The position numbers were made by a program, and so were the translations under genes. The notes below the pieces were generated by a model. That model was given only the letters and a program-made list of their open reading frames with translations. It did no database searches and was not told the DNA's origin. Below are positions 9,194 to 20,364 of a stretch of 64,000 bases of DNA, one piece after another. The stretch lies in contig CBDBKE010000001.1 in the NCBI GenBank assembly GCA_965206645.1, positions 192,001-256,000 of the forward strand, in the 5' to 3' direction. The stretch is from Terriglobia bacterium. Its GTDB lineage: Bacteria; Acidobacteriota; Terriglobia; JAJPHL01; JAPKYU01. Position 1 is the stretch's first letter. Each line of letters begins with the position of its first letter.

Positions 9194-10333
9194 TCAGTCG
9201 GCGCTCTGAGCCGCCGCCCTAGGAGCCGCTGTCCAGCTCAGGACCGCCTCGGCCACGTACTGCACCTCTTCGGCGGTGAGTTCCGGATACATGGGCAGCG
9301 AAAGCACCTGATTGACGGAGCGCTCCGTTTCGGGCAGAGGATGGACCCGCGCCTCCCGGCCAAAGGGGAAGTCCTCCTGCTGGTGAATGGCGATGGGGTA
9401 GTGGGTCAGGGCGGTGATGCCGCGCTCGGCCAGGTAGCTCTGCAGCCCATCGCGGTCTTCACACTCGATGACGTACAGATGGTAGACGTGCCGGTAGCCC
9501 TCTGGCACATGGGGCAACGTCATTGGGACCCCGGCCAGCAACTGGTCGTACTGGTGGGCACGAGCCTGCCGCAGCCCGGTCCATTCGTCCAGGTGTTTCA
9601 GCTTGACGCGCAGCACCGCCGCATGCAGGTCGTCCAGCCGGCTGTTGTACCCGAGGCTGTGATGGGAGCGCTTGAGCGAGCCGTGATTGCGCAGCTTGCG
9701 CACCTGCGTGGCTAGTTGCTCGTTGTTGGTGACCAAGGCGCCGCCGTCGCCGAAGCAGCCCATGTTTTTCTGGATGATGAAGCTGAGGCAAACGGCGTTG
9801 CTGAACTCCCCGATGGCGAAGTTGTCGCCGCGGGCTCCGATGGACTGCGCGTTATCCTCCACCACCAGCAGGTTGCGGGCTCGCGCGATCTTGGCGATGG
9901 CCGGCATGTTGGCCGGCAGCCCGTACAAGTGCACGGGCACGATGGCGCGAGTGCGGGGTGTGATGGCCGCTTCGATCTGGCTGACGTCAATGTTGCGCGT
10001 CTGTGGATCCATGTCCACAAAGACCGGCGTTGCTCCGGCCAGCCAGATGGCCTCCGCAGTGGCAAAGAAGGTGTTGGAAACCGTAATGACCTCGTCGCCC
10101 GGCTTGAGCCCCATCGCCAGGAACACCAGCCAGAGCGCGTCGGTGCCGGAGTTGACCCCGACGGCGTGTTTCTTGTTGTGGTATTGGGCCACCTCTTCCT
10201 CAAACCTCTTGAGCTGCGGTCCCATCACGTAGCTGCCGCTCTCCAGCACGTCGTGGATGGCCGGGTCGATTTCGGTGCGCAGGTTGTGGTATTGACGAAC
10301 GTGTCCGTAGAAACCCACTTTCATTTCCGCCAT
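9194..10333 (-). CDS. DegT/DnrJ/EryC1/StrS family PLP aminotransferase
   Basis: VNSGTDAL, TFFATAEAI, PVHLYG, EDNAQSIG, SF...KN.G.FGDGG, GYNSRLD, LSLPMYP. Confidence 0.93.
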   Translation of the reverse strand: MAEMKVGFYGHVRQYHNLRTEIDPAIHDVLESGSYVMGPQLKRFEEEVAQYHNKKHAVGVNSGTDALWLVFLAMGLKPGDEVITVSNTFFATAEAIWLAGATPVFVDMDPQTRNIDVSQIEAAITPRTRAIVPVHLYGLPANMPAIAKIARARNLLVVEDNAQSIGARGDNFAIGEFSNAVCLSFIIQKNMGCFGDGGALVTNNEQLATQVRKLRNHGSLKRSHHSLGYNSRLDDLHAAVLRVKLKHLDEWTGLRQARAHQYDQLLAGVPMTLPHVPEGYRHVYHLYVIECEDRDGLQSYLAERGITALTHYPIAIHQQEDFPFGREARVHPLPETERSVNQVLSLPMYPELTAEEVQYVAEAVLSWTAAPRAAAQSAD

Positions 10334-10456
10334 GGTATGCCGCCTATTGCGTGAGATTGTCTGCTTTCCTGCTAACTGTAGCAAGCAAAGCAGGTTTTCC
10401 GTCATGCGAGTTTCTTTGCTTTTGGATAGGTAGCGGTTATGGCTCTTGCCCGCATG

Positions 10457-11473
10457 CTACTGCGCTGCGGCGCGGGCGGCCACGGCCTGCAGAGCGGTAA
10501 TGGCCGCGACATTGACCACGTCGTCGGCCGAGCAGCCGCGGGAGAGGTCGTTGGCCGGCTTGGCCAGCCCTTGTAAAACCGGCCCAATAGCCGCCGCCCC
10601 GGCCAGCCGCTCGACCAACTTGTAGCTGATGTTGCCCGCATCCAGGTCCGGGAAAACCAGCGTGTTGGCGTAGCCGGCCACCGGGCTGCCCGGCGCCTTG
10701 CTGGCGCCGACCTTGGGAACCAGCGCCGCGTCGGACTGCAGCTCCCCGTCGGCTAGCAGTTGGGGCGCCCGCGCCCGCAACGTCTTGAGCGCCTCCTGAA
10801 CTCTTTCGGCGCGTGGGTGCTCGGCGCTTCCCTTGGTGGAAAACGACAGCAGAGCCACCTTGGGTTCGGCCTCCAGGAAGATGCGGCAACTGTCGGCCGA
10901 AGCCAGGGCGATTTCGGCCAGTTGCTTCGGTGTGGGGTCAGGAATGACGGCGCAGTCAGCGAAGATGAGCGCACCAGACACGCCAAACTCGGGCTGCGGC
11001 AACACCATCAGGAAGAAGCTGGACACCAGCGACAGGCCGGGCCGCGGCCCCAAGCAATGGAGAGCCGCGCGCACGGTTTCGGCGGTGGTGGTGGTGGCGC
11101 CAGCGATGCTGCCGTCGGCGTCGCCGCTGCCCACCATCAGGTCGGCGAAGTACAGTGGTTGCGTCGCCACCTGGCGCGCTTCCTCCTGTGTGACACCCTT
11201 GGCCCGCCGTCGCTCGTAATACAGCGCCGCGTAGCGCTCCAACCTCGGGTCCTGTTGAGGATCAACCAGGGCCACTGCGGAGAGGTCTACTCCCAAGGCC
11301 GCGGCACGCGCTCGCATGGATTCGGTTTCCCCCAGCACGGTCACCTGCGCGATGCGCTGGCGTGCCAGGCTTTCGGCGGCGCGCAGGATGCGGTCGTCGC
11401 CGCCCTCGGGCAGCACAATCCGCTGGAAATGGGTCCGAGCCCGATCCCGAATGCTTTGCAAAAGATCAGCCAT
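10457..11473 (-). CDS. pta: Phosphate acetyltransferase
   Basis: [61 protein letters not shown]. Confidence 0.95.
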   Translation of the reverse strand: MADLLQSIRDRARTHFQRIVLPEGGDDRILRAAESLARQRIAQVTVLGETESMRARAAALGVDLSAVALVDPQQDPRLERYAALYYERRRAKGVTQEEARQVATQPLYFADLMVGSGDADGSIAGATTTTAETVRAALHCLGPRPGLSLVSSFFLMVLPQPEFGVSGALIFADCAVIPDPTPKQLAEIALASADSCRIFLEAEPKVALLSFSTKGSAEHPRAERVQEALKTLRARAPQLLADGELQSDAALVPKVGASKAPGSPVAGYANTLVFPDLDAGNISYKLVERLAGAAAIGPVLQGLAKPANDLSRGCSADDVVNVAAITALQAVAARAAAQ

Positions 11474-11507
11474 GACAATCCCCCTCCGACCGGCGCATTC
11501 TAGTGCA

Positions 11508-12599
11508 TTGGGGGCCATACGGGAAACGCACAATTGGGGGCTGCCACCCTGGCAGGTCAACTGGGATTGCGCGCGCACGCCTCTGCCGGGGGAAACGGGC
11601 GTCGCCATCGTGGGTGCGGGGCTGACTGGGCTGTCCGCCGCCTATCATTTACGCCGGGCCCGTCCCGATTCGCCGGTTACGGTCCTGGAAGCCGACATCA
11701 TCGGCAGCGGGGCCAGCGGCCGTAGCGGCGGCCTGTTGCTGGAGGACACAGCCGCCGGGCCCATGCCCGGCTTCGAGAACTGCCTGGATTCACTGGCTGA
11801 TCTGCTCGCTCGCGAGCAGATCGAATGCGGGTTGGCACTCAACGGCTGCTGGGAAGTTTTCCACCGGGGGGGCCTCGAAGACTCCCCCATCTGCTGGCAG
11901 GACAACGGTGTGCCCCTGCGCGTTGCGGGGCGGGTTCCCGGCGGCACGCTGGACCCGGGTCGATTGCTGGCGGGGATTGCGCGCGCGGCAGTGTCTCTGG
12001 GAGTGAGCATCCACGAGCGATGCGCGGTCACAGCGATGGAGTGCGACCCACGCCTTCGCCTCAAGACGGCAGCAGGTACGATCGCCGCCGATCGCGTCCT
12101 GCTGGGCGCTAACGCCTTTCCTCTGCCGTTCAGCGAATTGCCGGCAACGTCCATGATGGCGCTGGCGGTGGCCACCGCACCGTTGGAGGAAAGGGCCATC
12201 CAGCAACTTGGCCTGGAGTCGCGCCGACCCTTCTATGCCGCCGACCTGCCTTACCTCTGGGGTTGCCTGACCGCGCAGAACACACTGGTGCTGGGCAGCG
12301 GCCTGCTCTCTTCACCGGCGGGCAACATTGCCGACGTGTCGCTGGATTGGCCGGAAGCGCGTCAGCTCTTCTCGACTCTTGAGGGCAGAATTCGCGGGTT
12401 GCATCCGACCCTTTCGGGGATTCACTTCACCCATCACTGGGCCGGGCCCATTGCGATCACCCCCGATTGGCGGCCCGTGCTGCGCCGGCATCCCCGCTCG
12501 CCCTACGTGCTGGTGGCAGGTGGCTACTCCGGGCACGGCCTGGCGCAGGCCATCCGAATGGGCCGTCTGGCGGCGGAGCGTTTAAGTGTGATGGGTTGA
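11508..12599 (+). CDS. FAD-dependent oxidoreductase (DAO/PuuB-like)
   Basis: [31 protein letters not shown]; start uncertain (TTG 11508). Confidence 0.85.
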   Translation: MGAIRETHNWGLPPWQVNWDCARTPLPGETGVAIVGAGLTGLSAAYHLRRARPDSPVTVLEADIIGSGASGRSGGLLLEDTAAGPMPGFENCLDSLADLLAREQIECGLALNGCWEVFHRGGLEDSPICWQDNGVPLRVAGRVPGGTLDPGRLLAGIARAAVSLGVSIHERCAVTAMECDPRLRLKTAAGTIAADRVLLGANAFPLPFSELPATSMMALAVATAPLEERAIQQLGLESRRPFYAADLPYLWGCLTAQNTLVLGSGLLSSPAGNIADVSLDWPEARQLFSTLEGRIRGLHPTLSGIHFTHHWAGPIAITPDWRPVLRRHPRSPYVLVAGGYSGHGLAQAIRMGRLAAERLSVMG

Positions 12600-12637
12600 G
12601 GGCGACGCCCCGCTGCTAACGGAGCCCTGGAGCCGTG

Positions 12638-13306
12638 TTACGAAATCGCTACGAAGTCGCGCACGCGCTCCCACATCGGCTCCAGCACGTCTAGCAATTG
12701 GTGATCCGAGTCGTAGAGAATGAGTTCCACGTTGGGATGGCCTTCGGCAAAGCGTACCGAGAGCTGATGATCCACAGCCTGGTCGCGGCGCCCGTGGAGA
12801 ACCAGCGCCGGCTGGCGAACCTCGGGAAACTCCTCGTATTGCATGCCGTCGCCGAGAAGGCCATAGCCGATGCGTCGCTCCTGTTTTTCGCTGTAGTGGT
12901 AAATGGGACGCCAGCCGCGCTCGCGCCACTCCCGCATGGTTTGCTCGCCCAACGACTCGGCCCAACGTCGTGCGAACCCGAAGGCCGGTGCCAGCAGCAC
13001 CACGGCCGGCACGCGCTGCCGATGGCCGGCGGCAAACAGCGCTGCCAGGTAGCCTCCGAGGCTCGAGCCAAGCAGAATGGCGGGCCCGTTGCCGACCAGC
13101 GTGTCGAGGAAACGCAGTTGCTGCGTCAGGGTCGAGTGCTCGAAATCACCCTGGGTCAAATCGGGCAACTCCACGGGGCGGCCCATTTCTGCAAAGCGCT
13201 GCCGGAAAAATTGTCCCTTGCTGGATTGCGGGCCGGAAGCGAATCCGTGCAGGTAGATCAGGCGGTGCATGCTGTTATCGGGGGCTTCCCGCGCACTTCT
13301 GGACAC
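12638..13306 (-). CDS. YqiA/YcfP family alpha/beta hydrolase
   Basis: YLHGFASGPQS.K, GSSLGG nucleophile elbow, HG..D, SDH. Confidence 0.9.
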   Translation of the reverse strand: MSRSAREAPDNSMHRLIYLHGFASGPQSSKGQFFRQRFAEMGRPVELPDLTQGDFEHSTLTQQLRFLDTLVGNGPAILLGSSLGGYLAALFAAGHRQRVPAVVLLAPAFGFARRWAESLGEQTMREWRERGWRPIYHYSEKQERRIGYGLLGDGMQYEEFPEVRQPALVLHGRRDQAVDHQLSVRFAEGHPNVELILYDSDHQLLDVLEPMWERVRDFVAIS

Positions 13307-13316
13307 TTTTACGCGA

Positions 13317-13361
13317 TGGCCATGGTTGAAGTGGCCATGAGTGAAGTGGACATAGTTGAAT
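13317..13361. repeat. Three imperfect 15-bp tandem repeats
   Basis: tggccatggttgaag / tggccatgagtgaag / tggacatagttgaat, intergenic. Confidence 0.65.
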
Positions 13362-13393
13362 CGGAGTTCTGGGCCCTACCCGCAGCAAGGAAT

Positions 13394-14434
13394 CTATCTG
13401 CCAGTGACGAACAGATCCACGATGCGCCTAGCCGTATCCAGCAGCAAGGCGCGGTTGCCCAGAAAGACGCGAGAGAAGCCGGTTGGCAGGGGTGGCAGTT
13501 GCGCCGCAAGCCCGGTCGGGAACGGCTGCAGACGCTTCTGTAGTCCCGGCGGCAGCTTCCCGTCGCGTCGGAGCTTGCGTTCCAGTCCGGGAGGCAGCTT
13601 TTCGCGCTTGGCCAATCCCGGAGGCAGGTTGGCGCGGTTGGCCGACAAGTAGTTATTGATGGTCCGGCGATCAAAACTAGAGAACGAGGAAACGGCAGCT
13701 TGAGGCGAGGTTCGCCGCAGCGTGCCCTCCTCGACCGTGCCTTCCACTCGTTTCTCGCGTGGCTGTCGCGGTTTGGGATGATCCACGAACACCTGGGTCT
13801 CCCCGGCACTGAGTTGCCGTGCTGTGGTCGCGCTGCCAGCCGTCACAAAGCCGATCAAGAATTCCACCGGCAGCACCAGTTCCTTTTTGCCGGTCAGGTA
13901 GGCCGTACCGGTGCCCGCGCCAGCGCCGATGGCCGCTCCAATCACCGCGCCTTTTTTGCCGCCGGTAAGTGCGCCAATGATGGCGCCGGCCGCGGCGCCC
14001 CCGCCAATCAGAGCGGCATTGCGCCCGGCATGGGACTCGCCATCCAGGGTGACCGGCTCGGTGCGCAGGCTGTAGCCGCCGGCATCCACCAACTCCAGTG
14101 TGAGCGCGGCTGGCCTCTTCAGGCGCCCGGAGCTGACCGCCTCGACGACACGACCCTTAGCACCGGTGTTCTTCGGCACCACCGTCCGCCCGTCTACCAC
14201 CAGCGGTTTGGCCAGCGTGGCCTCGAAGGTATGGCCCTCTTGGGCTTCTCCCGAGTGAATCTGGCTGAGCAGACGGATTTCAATGGCCGTGCCAGAATCC
14301 AATCGCAGGGCTTTGATGCGGCTCACCTTGCGTTTGCCGGCTGGCGTTGCCGCCGCCGCCACGCAAACCAGCAGCAACACGCCTAGGACTCGCGACACGA
14401 TTTGCGAAGGTCGAATCTTGGCTGGTTGTTTCAT
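13394..14434 (-). CDS. Exported protein with TrbI/VirB10-like beta domain, glycine zipper and LPPGL repeats
   Basis: Signal peptide, GT.I.IRL..I.S..G.F.ATL..P..G.V..GRL pattern, IGGGAAAGAIIGA..GKKGA zipper, LPPGL x3. Confidence 0.65.
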   Translation of the reverse strand: MKQPAKIRPSQIVSRVLGVLLLVCVAAAATPAGKRKVSRIKALRLDSGTAIEIRLLSQIHSGEAQEGHTFEATLAKPLVVDGRTVVPKNTGAKGRVVEAVSSGRLKRPAALTLELVDAGGYSLRTEPVTLDGESHAGRNAALIGGGAAAGAIIGALTGGKKGAVIGAAIGAGAGTGTAYLTGKKELVLPVEFLIGFVTAGSATTARQLSAGETQVFVDHPKPRQPREKRVEGTVEEGTLRRTSPQAAVSSFSSFDRRTINNYLSANRANLPPGLAKREKLPPGLERKLRRDGKLPPGLQKRLQPFPTGLAAQLPPLPTGFSRVFLGNRALLLDTARRIVDLFVTGR

Positions 14435-14552
14435 GGGAAGCCTCCTTGCCGGCCGGGACCGCCCCTCAAAGAGGGGCTGCAGGCGGCATCGTATCACACT
14501 GTAATCCTCGCTCCGGGCAGCTCGATGCGGCAAGCCTCGGCCACGCCAGGCG

Positions 14553-15287
14553 CTACCGTTTCCGCTTGAGACGGATTTTAACTTCCTCTTCGGGATACGC
14601 AGCAAACAGACGCCCCGTTTCGGAGAATTGCAAGGCCGGGACCACCTGCACCGAATTGGGCAGGAAGCCGGGCATCTCGGCGGTCGCCACCAGAGCTACC
14701 GCCTTTGCCGGCCGGAGGTGAGATTCGGGGATGCGGAAGACGAACCGCCCGTCCGGCGCGGCTTCCAGTTGCCCGCCGGTTTCCTTCTCGCCTTCGGCGG
14801 TGAACTCGTAGACGGGTACGCGGGCCCGGCTGCCGTCGTGCAGCAGCGCCTCCAGGGTCACCTTCGCAGGCCCGATGCCCCGCCCCTGTTCGTTCACTAC
14901 TTGCCATTCGCCCAGAACGTCATAATCCGCGGCTCCAAGAAAAGTTCCCTTGGGAACCCGCACGTTCACCGTGATCTCTTCGCGGTTGCCGAGCCAGGCC
15001 CGCCCCAGGCGCGGAGCAGTTCTCTTCGGCAGGTAGAGCAGAATGTCGTAGGTCCCGGCAGGGAGGCGCAACGAGCATTTGCCCTCCGGGCCGGTAACCG
15101 CCGATTTCCTTTCCGGTGACCCGGGGCGGAGAAATTCAAGGCGCACACCCTCGACCGCGGCGCCGTCAGTGTCCTCAGCAGTCCCATGCACGGTGATCGT
15201 CTCCGTGGCGACGGGCGTCGTTGCGTGTTCCACCTGATCCGCGAGGCCACCGAATAGCACTAGCAACCAGGGCAACAACCACGTCAT
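14553..15287 (-). CDS. Exported carboxypeptidase-regulatory-like domain protein
   Basis: Signal peptide; TVHGT.ED.DGAAVEGV..T...G...LPAGTY pattern repeated. Confidence 0.65.
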   Translation of the reverse strand: MTWLLPWLLVLFGGLADQVEHATTPVATETITVHGTAEDTDGAAVEGVRLEFLRPGSPERKSAVTGPEGKCSLRLPAGTYDILLYLPKRTAPRLGRAWLGNREEITVNVRVPKGTFLGAADYDVLGEWQVVNEQGRGIGPAKVTLEALLHDGSRARVPVYEFTAEGEKETGGQLEAAPDGRFVFRIPESHLRPAKAVALVATAEMPGFLPNSVQVVPALQFSETGRLFAAYPEEEVKIRLKRKR

Positions 15288-15347
15288 CGTAGCGAATCTA
15301 CGCCCTTGGCTGGCTTGCGTAAAGAGGTTGCGTTCGACTAGAGTGCT

Positions 15348-17078
15348 ATGTCGGTGTCCCGAAACGGCTCCAGGCTCTTTCGCTTCCTGCTTGCTTCGTT
15401 GTTTGCGGCCGCCTGGTGGGTGACGGCGGTCTGGGCGGCCAGCCCGGCGCCGGTGCGCGCCCGTCAGGGAATGGTGGTTTCGGTGAACGAGCAGGCCTCA
15501 CGGGTCGGGGTGGAGGTCCTGAAGGAGGGCGGCAACGCCGTGGATGCGGCCATTGCTACCGCCTTCGCCCTGGCAGTCACCCATCCGGCAGCGGGCAACC
15601 TGGGCGGCGGCGGCTTCTTGCTGCTCCGTTTCAAGGATGGCCGCGCGACCTTCCTGGATTTTCGCGAGCGCGCACCGGCTGCCGCGTCTCGCGACATGTA
15701 CCTGGACGCCTCCGGCAGCGTAATCCCGCAGGCATCCACTGTCGGATTGCGCGCCGCCGCTGTGCCGGGCACGGTGGCTGGCTTGGAGTATGCCAGCCGC
15801 AAGTATGGCCGGCTACGCTGGAGCCGTCTGGTGGCGCCTGCGGTCGCTCTGGCGCGCAAAGGCTTCCCGGTCAGCTTCGAGCTGGCGCGCTCGCTCTCCA
15901 ACCCGAAGACGGTAGAGCGCCTCAGCCGCCTCCCGGCTTCCAACCGCATCTTTCTCCGAAACGGGCTTCGCAACGGGCGGTTCTACCAACCGGGCGAGCG
16001 TTTCGTGCAGCGCGACCTGGGGCGTACGTTGGAGCGCATCCGGCGCCGGGGCGCCCGCGACTTCTACCTTGGGCGAACAGCACGCGAACTGGCTGCCTTC
16101 GTGGAGCAACACGGCGGCCTGATCACGCTGGAAGACCTGAGGAAGTACCAGGTGGCAGAGCGTGAGCCGATCACGGGCACCTACCGCGGCTACCAGATCA
16201 CGAGCGCGCCGCCACCCAGTTCGGGCGGGGTTGTGCTGCTCCAGATGCTGAACATTCTGGAGGGAGTGCCGCTGGCCGAGAAGGGCGCACTGTCGGCCGA
16301 CGCCATTCACTGGACGGTGGAGACGATGCGCCGCGCCTTCGCGGACCGCGCGCGCTATTTGGGCGATCCGGATTTCGTGCGTATTCCGGTGCGTGGCCTC
16401 ACCGACAAGAAATACGCTGAGAGGCTGCGCGCTTCGATTGACTCGGAGCGCGCCACGCCCTCGCTCAACGTTGCCGCCGGGGACCCGATGCCCTTCGAAG
16501 CGGGCGAAACCACCCACGTGTCGGCCGTGGACCGCGAGGGAAATGCCGCCGCACTCACCTACACCCTGAACGACCTCTACGGATGTGGGGTGACGGTGGA
16601 GGGACTGGGTTTCCTGTTGAACAACGAGATGGATGATTTTACCGCCAAGCCCGGCGTTCCAAACGATGCCGGGCTGATTCAAGGGGAGACCAACAGCATC
16701 GCCCCGGGCAAACGGCCGCTTTCCAGCATGACCCCCACGGTGGTGGCCCGCGACGGCAAGCTGGTGCTGGTGTTGGGCAGCCCGGGTGGGCCCAAGATTA
16801 TCAGCACGGTGTTGAACGTCCTGCTGGGCGTCATAGACTACAAGATGGACGTGCAGCGGGCGGTGGATGCCCCGCGCTTTCACCATCAGTGGTTGCCCGA
16901 CAGCATCCGCATGGAGCCTGGCTTCTCGCCGGACACCCTCGCGCTGCTTGAGGCGAGGGGCCACCAGTTCGACATAGGAGACTATTTTGGGGATGCGCAC
17001 ACCATCGCGCTCGGCCCGGACGGTTGGCTGCTGGGCGCCGCAGATCCCCGGCGGGGCGGCAAGGCGGTGGGCTACTAG
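15348..17078 (+). CDS. ggt: Gamma-glutamyltransferase
   Basis: GGNAVDAAIA..LAV.HP.AGNLGGGGF, DFRE.AP, ETTH catalytic Thr, LNNEMDDF, PLSSMTP, GSPGG, DPRR. Confidence 0.97.
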   Translation: MSVSRNGSRLFRFLLASLFAAAWWVTAVWAASPAPVRARQGMVVSVNEQASRVGVEVLKEGGNAVDAAIATAFALAVTHPAAGNLGGGGFLLLRFKDGRATFLDFRERAPAAASRDMYLDASGSVIPQASTVGLRAAAVPGTVAGLEYASRKYGRLRWSRLVAPAVALARKGFPVSFELARSLSNPKTVERLSRLPASNRIFLRNGLRNGRFYQPGERFVQRDLGRTLERIRRRGARDFYLGRTARELAAFVEQHGGLITLEDLRKYQVAEREPITGTYRGYQITSAPPPSSGGVVLLQMLNILEGVPLAEKGALSADAIHWTVETMRRAFADRARYLGDPDFVRIPVRGLTDKKYAERLRASIDSERATPSLNVAAGDPMPFEAGETTHVSAVDREGNAAALTYTLNDLYGCGVTVEGLGFLLNNEMDDFTAKPGVPNDAGLIQGETNSIAPGKRPLSSMTPTVVARDGKLVLVLGSPGGPKIISTVLNVLLGVIDYKMDVQRAVDAPRFHHQWLPDSIRMEPGFSPDTLALLEARGHQFDIGDYFGDAHTIALGPDGWLLGAADPRRGGKAVGY

Positions 17079-17162
17079 CAGGCATCAGGTGCCAGGAATA
17101 TCTCCTGCTCAGTAGCCACGGCGACCTGGAATCTGACACCTGGCACGTGAAACCTGGTTCTT

Positions 17163-18005
17163 ATGCAAAAAGCATTGTCCACGCACATGTTCGTCAACCA
17201 GCGGCTGACGGTCTCGATACTGGAGCGCATTGAGAAGGCCGGCATCGAGTTGGTGGAGATTTTCTGCGCCCGCCAGCACTTTGATTATCACGACCGCGAC
17301 CAGGTGCAGGAAATCGCCGCCTGGTTCCGGAATTCCCGGCTCCGGTTGCACTCCATCCACACACCGATGTACCGGGACAAGGAGTGGGGGCGCAGCGGGC
17401 CGCAGGCGGTGGTGTCGATCGCAGAAACGGAGAAAGTGCGTCGCATCGCGGCTTGCGACGAGATCAAGCGGGCGCTGGAGCTGGCCGAGAACGTGCCGTT
17501 TCGTTACGCAGTGACCCACCTGGGCGTCTCGCGCGAAGAGTACGACTTGCGCAAGATGGATGCGGCGTTTTCCAGTATCGAGGTTCTGCGCATGTTTGCG
17601 CGCCAGCGGGGCGCCGACCTGGTGCTGGAGAATATCCCCAACGAACTGGCCACCCCCGGCCGCCTGCTGGAGTTCCTGAACTATACGCACCTGAACGACG
17701 TGGGGCTGTGCTTTGACAGCGGTCACGCGCACATGGGCGAGGGAGTGGCGGCCAGCTTCGAGAAGATGGGGTCGCGGGTCTTCACCACCCACCTCCACGA
17801 CAACCGGGGGGACAAGGACGAACACTTGTTTCCCTTCGAGGGCACCATTGAGTGGGCACGCACCATCCGCGACTTTAGCGCCGCGCCCAACTCGTTTCCC
17901 ATTCTGCTGGAGATTCGCGAATTCCCCGAGGTGAAGGACCCGCTGGCCCGCGCCAACGAAGTGTTCAGCAAGTTCGAAGAGTTGGAAGCCGCCGCATCCC
18001 GATGA
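17163..18005 (+). CDS. Sugar phosphate isomerase/epimerase (AP endonuclease 2 TIM barrel)
   Basis: LEN, FDSGHAH, HLHDN.G.KDEHL.PFEGTI.W. Confidence 0.85.
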   Translation: MQKALSTHMFVNQRLTVSILERIEKAGIELVEIFCARQHFDYHDRDQVQEIAAWFRNSRLRLHSIHTPMYRDKEWGRSGPQAVVSIAETEKVRRIAACDEIKRALELAENVPFRYAVTHLGVSREEYDLRKMDAAFSSIEVLRMFARQRGADLVLENIPNELATPGRLLEFLNYTHLNDVGLCFDSGHAHMGEGVAASFEKMGSRVFTTHLHDNRGDKDEHLFPFEGTIEWARTIRDFSAAPNSFPILLEIREFPEVKDPLARANEVFSKFEELEAAASR

Positions 18006-19321
18006 CTCCCCCAGCCGACCTCCCGGTAGCCGCCATCGCCGGAATCGGAGCCTACGACGGACAGCAAGTTGTAATTCGCGGCTGGCTGTACAACCTGCGC
18101 GAGGCGGGCAAGCTGCTGTTCCCGATCTTCCGCGACGGCACCGGAGTCCTGCAGGGCGTGGTTTCCAGAGACTCGGTGCCGCCGGAAACCTTTCAGATGC
18201 TCAAGCACCTCCAGCACGAATCGTCGGTAAGCGTCGTCGGGCGTGTGCGCGCTGACCAGCGCGCCCCCGGCGGCTATGAACTGGAGGTTTCGCGCATCGA
18301 GGTGGTGCAGGCGGTTTCCCCAGAAGAGCCGTTTCCCGTCACCCTGAAGGAGCACGGGGTGGACTTCTTGCTCGACCGGCGGCACCTGTGGATTCGGACG
18401 CCGCGCCAGAACGCCATCCTGCGGGTGCGGCATGAAGTGATCCGCGCCGCGCGGGACTATCTGGACGACCACGGCTTTATCCAGGTGGATACTCCCATCT
18501 TCACTCCGGCGGCCTGCGAGGGCACGACCAGCCTTTTTGAGGTGCAATACTTCGAGGAGAAGGCCTACCTGACGCAGTCCGGCCAGCTCTACAACGAAGC
18601 CGCTGCCGCCGCCCTGGGCAAGGTGTACTGCTTCGGGCCCACCTTCCGCGCCGAAAAATCCAAGACACGCCGCCACCTGACCGAGTTCTGGATGGTGGAG
18701 CCGGAGATGTCCTACGCTCAACTGGAGGACGTCATGGACGTTTCCGAGCAACTGGTCAGCCACATTGTCCAGCGGGTGCTGGAACGCCGCAGCGCTGAAC
18801 TCGCAACGCTCGAGCGCGATCCGGCTCTTCTCAAGCGGGTGCGGCCACCCTTTCCTCGCATCAGCTACGACGAGGCGATCCGGATTTTGCAGCGAAAGGG
18901 CAGCCTGATCCAGTGGGGCGGTGACTTTGGCAACGCCGACGAGACCCTGCTCGGCGAGGAGTTCGACCGGCCCGTGATGGTCCACCACTACCCGTCGGCC
19001 ATCAAGGCCTTCTATATGCAGCCCGACCCCGAGCGGCCGGAGCTCGCAATGGGCGTGGACGTGATTGCTCCGAAAGGCTATGGGGAAATCATTGGCGGCG
19101 GGGAGCGGATCTCGGACCTGGAGCTTTTGCAGGCGCGCATCCGCCAGCAGAACCTGCCGGCGGAATCTTTCGCCTGGTACGTGGACCTGCGCAAGTACGG
19201 TAGCGTCCCGCACGCCGGCTTCGGCATGGGCATCGAACGCGTGGTGGCTTGGATGTGCGGGCTGGAGCACGTGCGGGAGACCATTGCGTTCCCGCGGATG
19301 CTGTATCGTCTGTATCCGTAG
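18002..19321 (+). CDS. asnS: Asparagine--tRNA ligase
   Basis: OB fold, [49 protein letters not shown]. Confidence 0.96.
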   Translation: MTPPADLPVAAIAGIGAYDGQQVVIRGWLYNLREAGKLLFPIFRDGTGVLQGVVSRDSVPPETFQMLKHLQHESSVSVVGRVRADQRAPGGYELEVSRIEVVQAVSPEEPFPVTLKEHGVDFLLDRRHLWIRTPRQNAILRVRHEVIRAARDYLDDHGFIQVDTPIFTPAACEGTTSLFEVQYFEEKAYLTQSGQLYNEAAAAALGKVYCFGPTFRAEKSKTRRHLTEFWMVEPEMSYAQLEDVMDVSEQLVSHIVQRVLERRSAELATLERDPALLKRVRPPFPRISYDEAIRILQRKGSLIQWGGDFGNADETLLGEEFDRPVMVHHYPSAIKAFYMQPDPERPELAMGVDVIAPKGYGEIIGGGERISDLELLQARIRQQNLPAESFAWYVDLRKYGSVPHAGFGMGIERVVAWMCGLEHVRETIAFPRMLYRLYP

Positions 19322-19382
19322 CGGCGGCGTTCAGGACGCCAGCGGGGTGGCAGGCTGAAACGCGGCGCTACGAGCGGCGTAC

Positions 19383-20291
19383 ATGCGAAAGATCAAGATC
19401 ATCGGCGTTCCGCTGGATCTGGGTCAGGACCGCCGCGGCGTGGACATGGGACCATCGGCGCTGCGGGTGGCTGGGTTGAACGCGCGCCTGCGTCGCCTGG
19501 GCTGCGAGGTGGAGGATGGGGGCAATGTGTCGGTGGCCATTGCCGAGATGCACGCCTTTGGCACGGAGAAGGCGAAGTACCTCGATCAGGTGGCCGAAAC
19601 CTGCCAGCGGCACGCCGCCTGGGTGGAGGATATCTTGCGCGAGGGATCCACTCCCCTCGTGCTGGGCGGCGACCATTCCATCGCCATCGGCACCGTTTCG
19701 GGCGTGGCCAATTTCTATCGCAACAAGAAACGGAAAATCGGACTCCTCTGGCTGGACGCCCACGCCGACATGAATACGCCGGAGACGACTCCGAGCGGGA
19801 ACCTGCATGGCATGCCGCTGGCCTGCTGCCTGGGCTTGGGCGCGCCGGATCTGACGCACATCGGCGGCTTCAGTCCCAAGGTGAAGCCGAGGCGGGCGGC
19901 GCTGATCGGGGTGCGGGAGGTGGATGCGGAGGAAAAAGACAACGTGCGCAAGTCCGGCCTGCGCGTCTTCAGCATGCGCGAGCTGGACGAGCGGGGCCTG
20001 CGCGCGGTGATGCGGGAAGCCCTGGCCCTGGCTTCCCGCGGGACTGCGGGCTTCTGCGTCACCGCAGACATGGACTTTCTGGACCCGGAGGATGCACCAG
20101 GGGTAGGCACGCCAGCGCGCGGCGGCGCCACCTATCGGGAGGCGCACCTGGCCATGGAGATGATTGCGGATTCGGGTCGTATGCTCTCCTTCGAGCTGAC
20201 CGAAGTGAACCCAGTCATTGACGAGGCCAACCGTACGGCTGAGCTGGGTGTCGAGCTCGCGCTCTCAGCCTTTGGCAAGAAAATCCTGTGA
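19383..20291 (+). CDS. rocF: Arginase
   Basis: [46 protein letters not shown]. Confidence 0.95.
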   Translation: MRKIKIIGVPLDLGQDRRGVDMGPSALRVAGLNARLRRLGCEVEDGGNVSVAIAEMHAFGTEKAKYLDQVAETCQRHAAWVEDILREGSTPLVLGGDHSIAIGTVSGVANFYRNKKRKIGLLWLDAHADMNTPETTPSGNLHGMPLACCLGLGAPDLTHIGGFSPKVKPRRAALIGVREVDAEEKDNVRKSGLRVFSMRELDERGLRAVMREALALASRGTAGFCVTADMDFLDPEDAPGVGTPARGGATYREAHLAMEMIADSGRMLSFELTEVNPVIDEANRTAELGVELALSAFGKKIL

Positions 20292-20364
20292 GCGAGATGG
20301 CCACACAGATACAGCAGCACAGAGCAGACGCCGTGTCTCTGTGCCTCGGTGGCTAATAGATCTT

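Noticed and set aside
17723-19270. 515-aa antisense ORF over asnS (also 15813-17000, 52541-53536, 54623-55852 and similar)
   Set aside because: Shadow ORFs from high GC3 on the coding strand; no motifs and fully overlapping well-supported genes
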